A stretch of DNA of 64,000 nucleotides from Schmidtea nova (lineage: Eukaryota). The position numbers were made by a program, and so were the translations under genes. The first letter of the stretch is position 1; each line of letters opens with the position of its first letter. The notes below the pieces were generated by a model that did not search any database, had not been told where the DNA came from, and worked only from the letters and a program-made list of their open reading frames with translations. Below, piece after piece: positions 60,436 to 64,000 of the stretch. The DNA is taken from NCBI GenBank assembly GCA_044892505.1, contig CM097883.1, forward strand, positions 93,682,001 through 93,746,000, read 5' to 3'.

Positions 60436-61701
60436 CAGTCGGACCCACTTAAGACGAACTCTCATAAGACGAATTTCTGGTTAATACGAAGTAATTCCTG
60501 TTCCCCGAATTTACCTCTATTTAAAAAATGCGAAAATTAATCGGGTAATACGAAGTTGGATAATACGAATTTTCTTTTAATACGAAGTAAAATTGTGGTC
60601 CCATGAGGCAAAAAACCCTCTTAAGACGAAGTCAACTTTTTCCATTTCTATGACTTCAGTAAAAAAGAAAAAAAGAACTTACTGTACAAAAATCGTGGAA
60701 AACATTATACAGTATTGTATATACTGTAGATGATGAAATTGAAAATTAAGAAATACGTATGGTAAATGAAAAAATTATTGCATAGAACTGCATATTGTTT
60801 TACTCTTCATGGTCATATTTCGCATGATAGTGGTGAACGACTGTGCCTTTACATTCACGTGAGTGCAGAAAATTAAAAATACAACATGAAGTAACGATAT
60901 GTAGGACAGATAATCATTTTTTATATTATATTTTATGATTAACATTTGTTTAATTAATGGAAAATTTTGGAAAATTTTAAAACGCTGTTTACGTGGATGT
61001 GTATAGGTAAGAATGATTTATTGTCATGTTATTATGAATTCTAAAGCTGCTGTAAGACAAATTAAAGTAATTCCAAAAAAATTAAATGGTGCATTTGTTG
61101 GAATGCAATGTTGCCTATACATGAGTTTGGCATAGTGGTAACAGTGGAGAATATGGTCCTAAATTCCTTTTTTACATAAATTTTTCAGTGATGGTCCTAA
61201 ATTCCTGAGCATGAACATTAATATAACGTTTTTAAATTTGGTCTTTAAAAGGTGTTGTGTACATGTAACATTGTGAATTGAAAAAAGAAATAGTGATAAG
61301 ACATTATTCTTTCCATTTTCTCATGTTTTTATTCCGATTTACACACAATGACTGAAAAGCATCATAGCAAGACATCCATTCCATTGAAGAGGAAGTTTGA
61401 TATTTTAACTGCAGTTGATAAAGGAGATAAGAAGAAAGATATTGCTGCAGAGTTCAACAGCACCGCAAATACATTGTCAACGATCTTGAAGCAGAGGGAG
61501 CAGATCATGGAGGCAGTAAACACATCCACATTCTCATGCCAGAGAAAAAGAATGCGATATGCCCAACATGACGAGGTTTCAGAAAGTCTCTTCTTGTGGT
61601 TCAAAAATGCACCGTTTCTCTATTATTTGGTTAAGACGAAGTTCGGTTAATACGAATTTTTCTCCTTTCCCCAAGAGGTTCGTCTTAAGCGGGTTCGACT
61701 G
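60436..61701 (+). mobile_element. Tigger/pogo-like DNA transposon, internally deleted
   Basis: TIRs CAGTCG(G/A)ACCC(A/G)CTTAAGACGAAC with TA flanks, repeated TAAGACGAA/TAATACGAA sites, and a CENP-B-type HTH fragment at 61348-61650. Confidence 0.9.
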
Positions 61702-62501
61702 TAATTATTAATGACTTTTCTCTAAGTTGTTGTTTAATTTCTTTTACTTTGTTAATACTTTCTCGTTTCTTAATTTTTTGCTTTTTCGTTTTCTTCTCCA
61801 ATACTATATCAATCACCCTATCTGTTTTTCCCAATTTATTCCATTTATTTAAAATATTGTTTAGGTATCCTCAACACATACACATAAGCTTAGGTAAATC
61901 AATGTTAACAAACATTCTGTTGAAAAATATTAAATTTTAGTTAATAAATGTTGTTATGTAAAAATTTTTCAGTCTTAAAAATGTTTAAAAATTAAAACTT
62001 CTAAATACGGTAGTTACTTTGTACGCATCCTATCTTTACAAGGGCGGCTTTGCTATTTGTGTGAACTAAGCATCCACGTAGGACATTACACCCAAATGTG
62101 AGAATGCCATATACTCCGAAAAAAAATTGAAAAAATTTAGAAAAAATAAACGAAATTTATTTCAAAAAACGTTGAAGAATAATAAAAAAATTAACATTGT
62201 ATTAAAATTTCTTATAAATTTTAAATTTTATTGTCAAAAAAATAGAAACGAAAATAAAATATTTCCAATAATGAATTTCATTTTTGAATTATCATACTTT
62301 TTTATTATAGATAATTACATTTACACTATTTTAAAACAATAATATTTTTCAAGTTGATTTTCGTAATTAATATTATGTTGTTATCTAAAGATATGAAAAA
62401 ACTAATTTAAATAAAATTAACAAAATATGTAAAATTTTCAAAAATTAGAATTTATATTGAAATGTTATTGAAAGTATTAATTTAAATTACATTTTAATTT
62501 T

Positions 62502-62921
62502 TTACACATAATTTTCTTTAAATATCTGTTTCCATGAGTGAGGTTGGCGCCAAAAAAAGGTTTGCCTAAGGCACGAGGTTAAACACATATATAATCGAGC
62601 CAAGATGCTTTTCAATAAACCTTTTATTTCATCAATAAGCATCAATATTTCGACAATAAGCATCAATACGGCCATCATAACGTCAAAGATATCATCAACA
62701 GATGCATTGGATTGTTGACGTATGTCAGATGTTTGAATTCCCGATACTAAAATTGATCTTGAATCACAATAAACGTTCCTAGTAGCATCCGCCCCATCGA
62801 TACTATTGATTCGACAGAATTTGCGCATTTTGTCCAAATCCACATTCATCGTAACCATTTCAAATGTTTTCACTGTCTTCAAAGAAATATTTCTGTGGAA
62901 TATGATTGGTTTGATTTTCAA
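62502..62921 (-). CDS. Possible ORF, unidentified
   Basis: 139 codons with a non-ATG track start and somewhat higher GC than its flanks. No motif recognised. Confidence 0.25.
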   Translation of the reverse strand: MKIKPIIFHRNISLKTVKTFEMVTMNVDLDKMRKFCRINSIDGADATRNVYCDSRSILVSGIQTSDIRQQSNASVDDIFDVMMAVLMLIVEILMLIDEIKGLLKSILARLYMCLTSCLRQTFFWRQPHSWKQIFKENYV

Positions 62922-63162
62922 AATCTTTCATAGTTCGGAAATGAATACCACTTAATAATCACTTCTCAGTTTCAAAAAAACTTAAAAAGCAAGCATTATA
63001 AAACCAATGTTTTCCAGAATAATTCGATATAATCCAAAAAATTATTCAGCTAAATTTGAATATCCCCCAAGAATTCCAATTACAAATTGACTCGAATAAA
63101 CAAACTCCATAAATCAAAAATCGAGAATTAAATTCCAAAAAAATTCACTCCTCAAAGAAAAT

Positions 63163-63355
63163 GCGCACACGGACGCGAAAAGGCAATAGCTCTGCGCAAA
63201 CAGACGCGAGAGCTCACAAAATTATTAAAAGCGCACACAGACGCACCAGTTATTCCAATCAATGCGCACAAAGACGCGACAACTATCAAAAAATAAAAAT
63301 TTCAAATCGCGCACAGACGCGTATATAAAAAATACCATTAGCGCACACAGCCGCG
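63163..63355. repeat. Six dispersed copies of GCGCACACAGACGCG-like motif
   Basis: Copies at 63163, 63194, 63231, 63264, 63309 and 63341. Confidence 0.85.
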
Positions 63356-63397
63356 AATAAATAGCCAAAGTTTTCTACAAGCAAAAACTTTGGCTGA

Positions 63398-63400
<3 letters not shown>

Positions 63401-63436
<36 letters not shown>
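63401..63436. repeat. (TA)n microsatellite
   Basis: Direct reading. Confidence 0.95.
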
Positions 63437-63439
<3 letters not shown>

Positions 63440-64000
63440 CAGTGTACAGGAATGATTTGAAATTATTATGATTATCTTTATTGTTTTTTGATTATGACAG
63501 TGTACAGAAATCCCACCCCAATTATTTTTGCGTGATGGCGTTTGTGATTATATTGACGTTGGATAATATTATAATTATTATCTTATGTAATTATTACAAT
63601 TAATATAATTATGTTTAATTGTAAATTTGAATTTGGCTTGCTATAGCAAATTGCTATAGTAAGCCAAATTACAAATATAGAATAGATTTATTTTAGAAAA
63701 TTTAAAATAATTAATAAGCAATTAAATGAGAGAATTAAGCAAGAAGATTGAAAATACAGAGAATATTTAAAAGAACCTGAAAATTATCTCTATTCTCACA
63801 GAATACAATAACATTAGCTTATCAAATATTGTTATCCCAGGCACATTTCATTTACAAGAATATCCCAGATTGTCTTTACTCAAATTACCATTAAACAAAT
63901 TATCTCTATCAAATTGTCTTTACTCAAATTACCACTAAACAAATTATATCTATTCTCAAAGAAGATTAACATATCAAATATTGTATTCCGGCACATTTTA

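Noticed and set aside
61749-62342. ORFs 61749..61940 and 62127..62342
   Set aside because: Low-complexity AT-rich frames with non-ATG starts.
63780-64000. Imperfect ~45 bp and ~150 bp direct repeats at the window end
   Set aside because: Too few copies visible to classify; may be the start of a satellite outside the window.

Overview
AT-rich eukaryotic (probably invertebrate; host not determinable here) DNA made almost entirely of viral and transposon sequence. I found no recognisable host gene, tRNA, rRNA or CRISPR array. Left to right: (1) the right part of a Polinton/Maverick (adintovirus-like) element (major capsid C-terminus, adenain protease, two accessory genes, protein-primed PolB, terminus at 8540) inserted in (2) a Ty3/Gypsy pol remnant with PPT and a truncated 3' LTR. 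The LTR runs directly into (3) a ~33 kb head-to-tail array of a ~1.71-1.76 kb unit (18 full copies plus partials). The unit looks like the 3' end of a phenuivirus-like (bunyavirus) L segment, including the cap-binding-domain motif; five copies keep a 512-codon ORF. (4) A second, related Polinton (penton-like, integrase, pX-like, packaging ATPase, TBP-like, TNFR-like genes, terminus at 55209) has its ATPase split by a piece of the RNA-virus array flanked by a direct repeat, and part of it is tandemly duplicated with a ~4065 bp period. (5) Decayed Tc1/IS630, hAT and Tigger elements, a chuvirus/env-like glycoprotein fragment and unexplained motif arrays follow. Several Polinton genes appear to carry 40-52 nt spliceosomal introns. 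Family assignments come from recalled motifs, not database searches. Two N gaps show this is a scaffolded assembly, so array copy number needs long-read confirmation.
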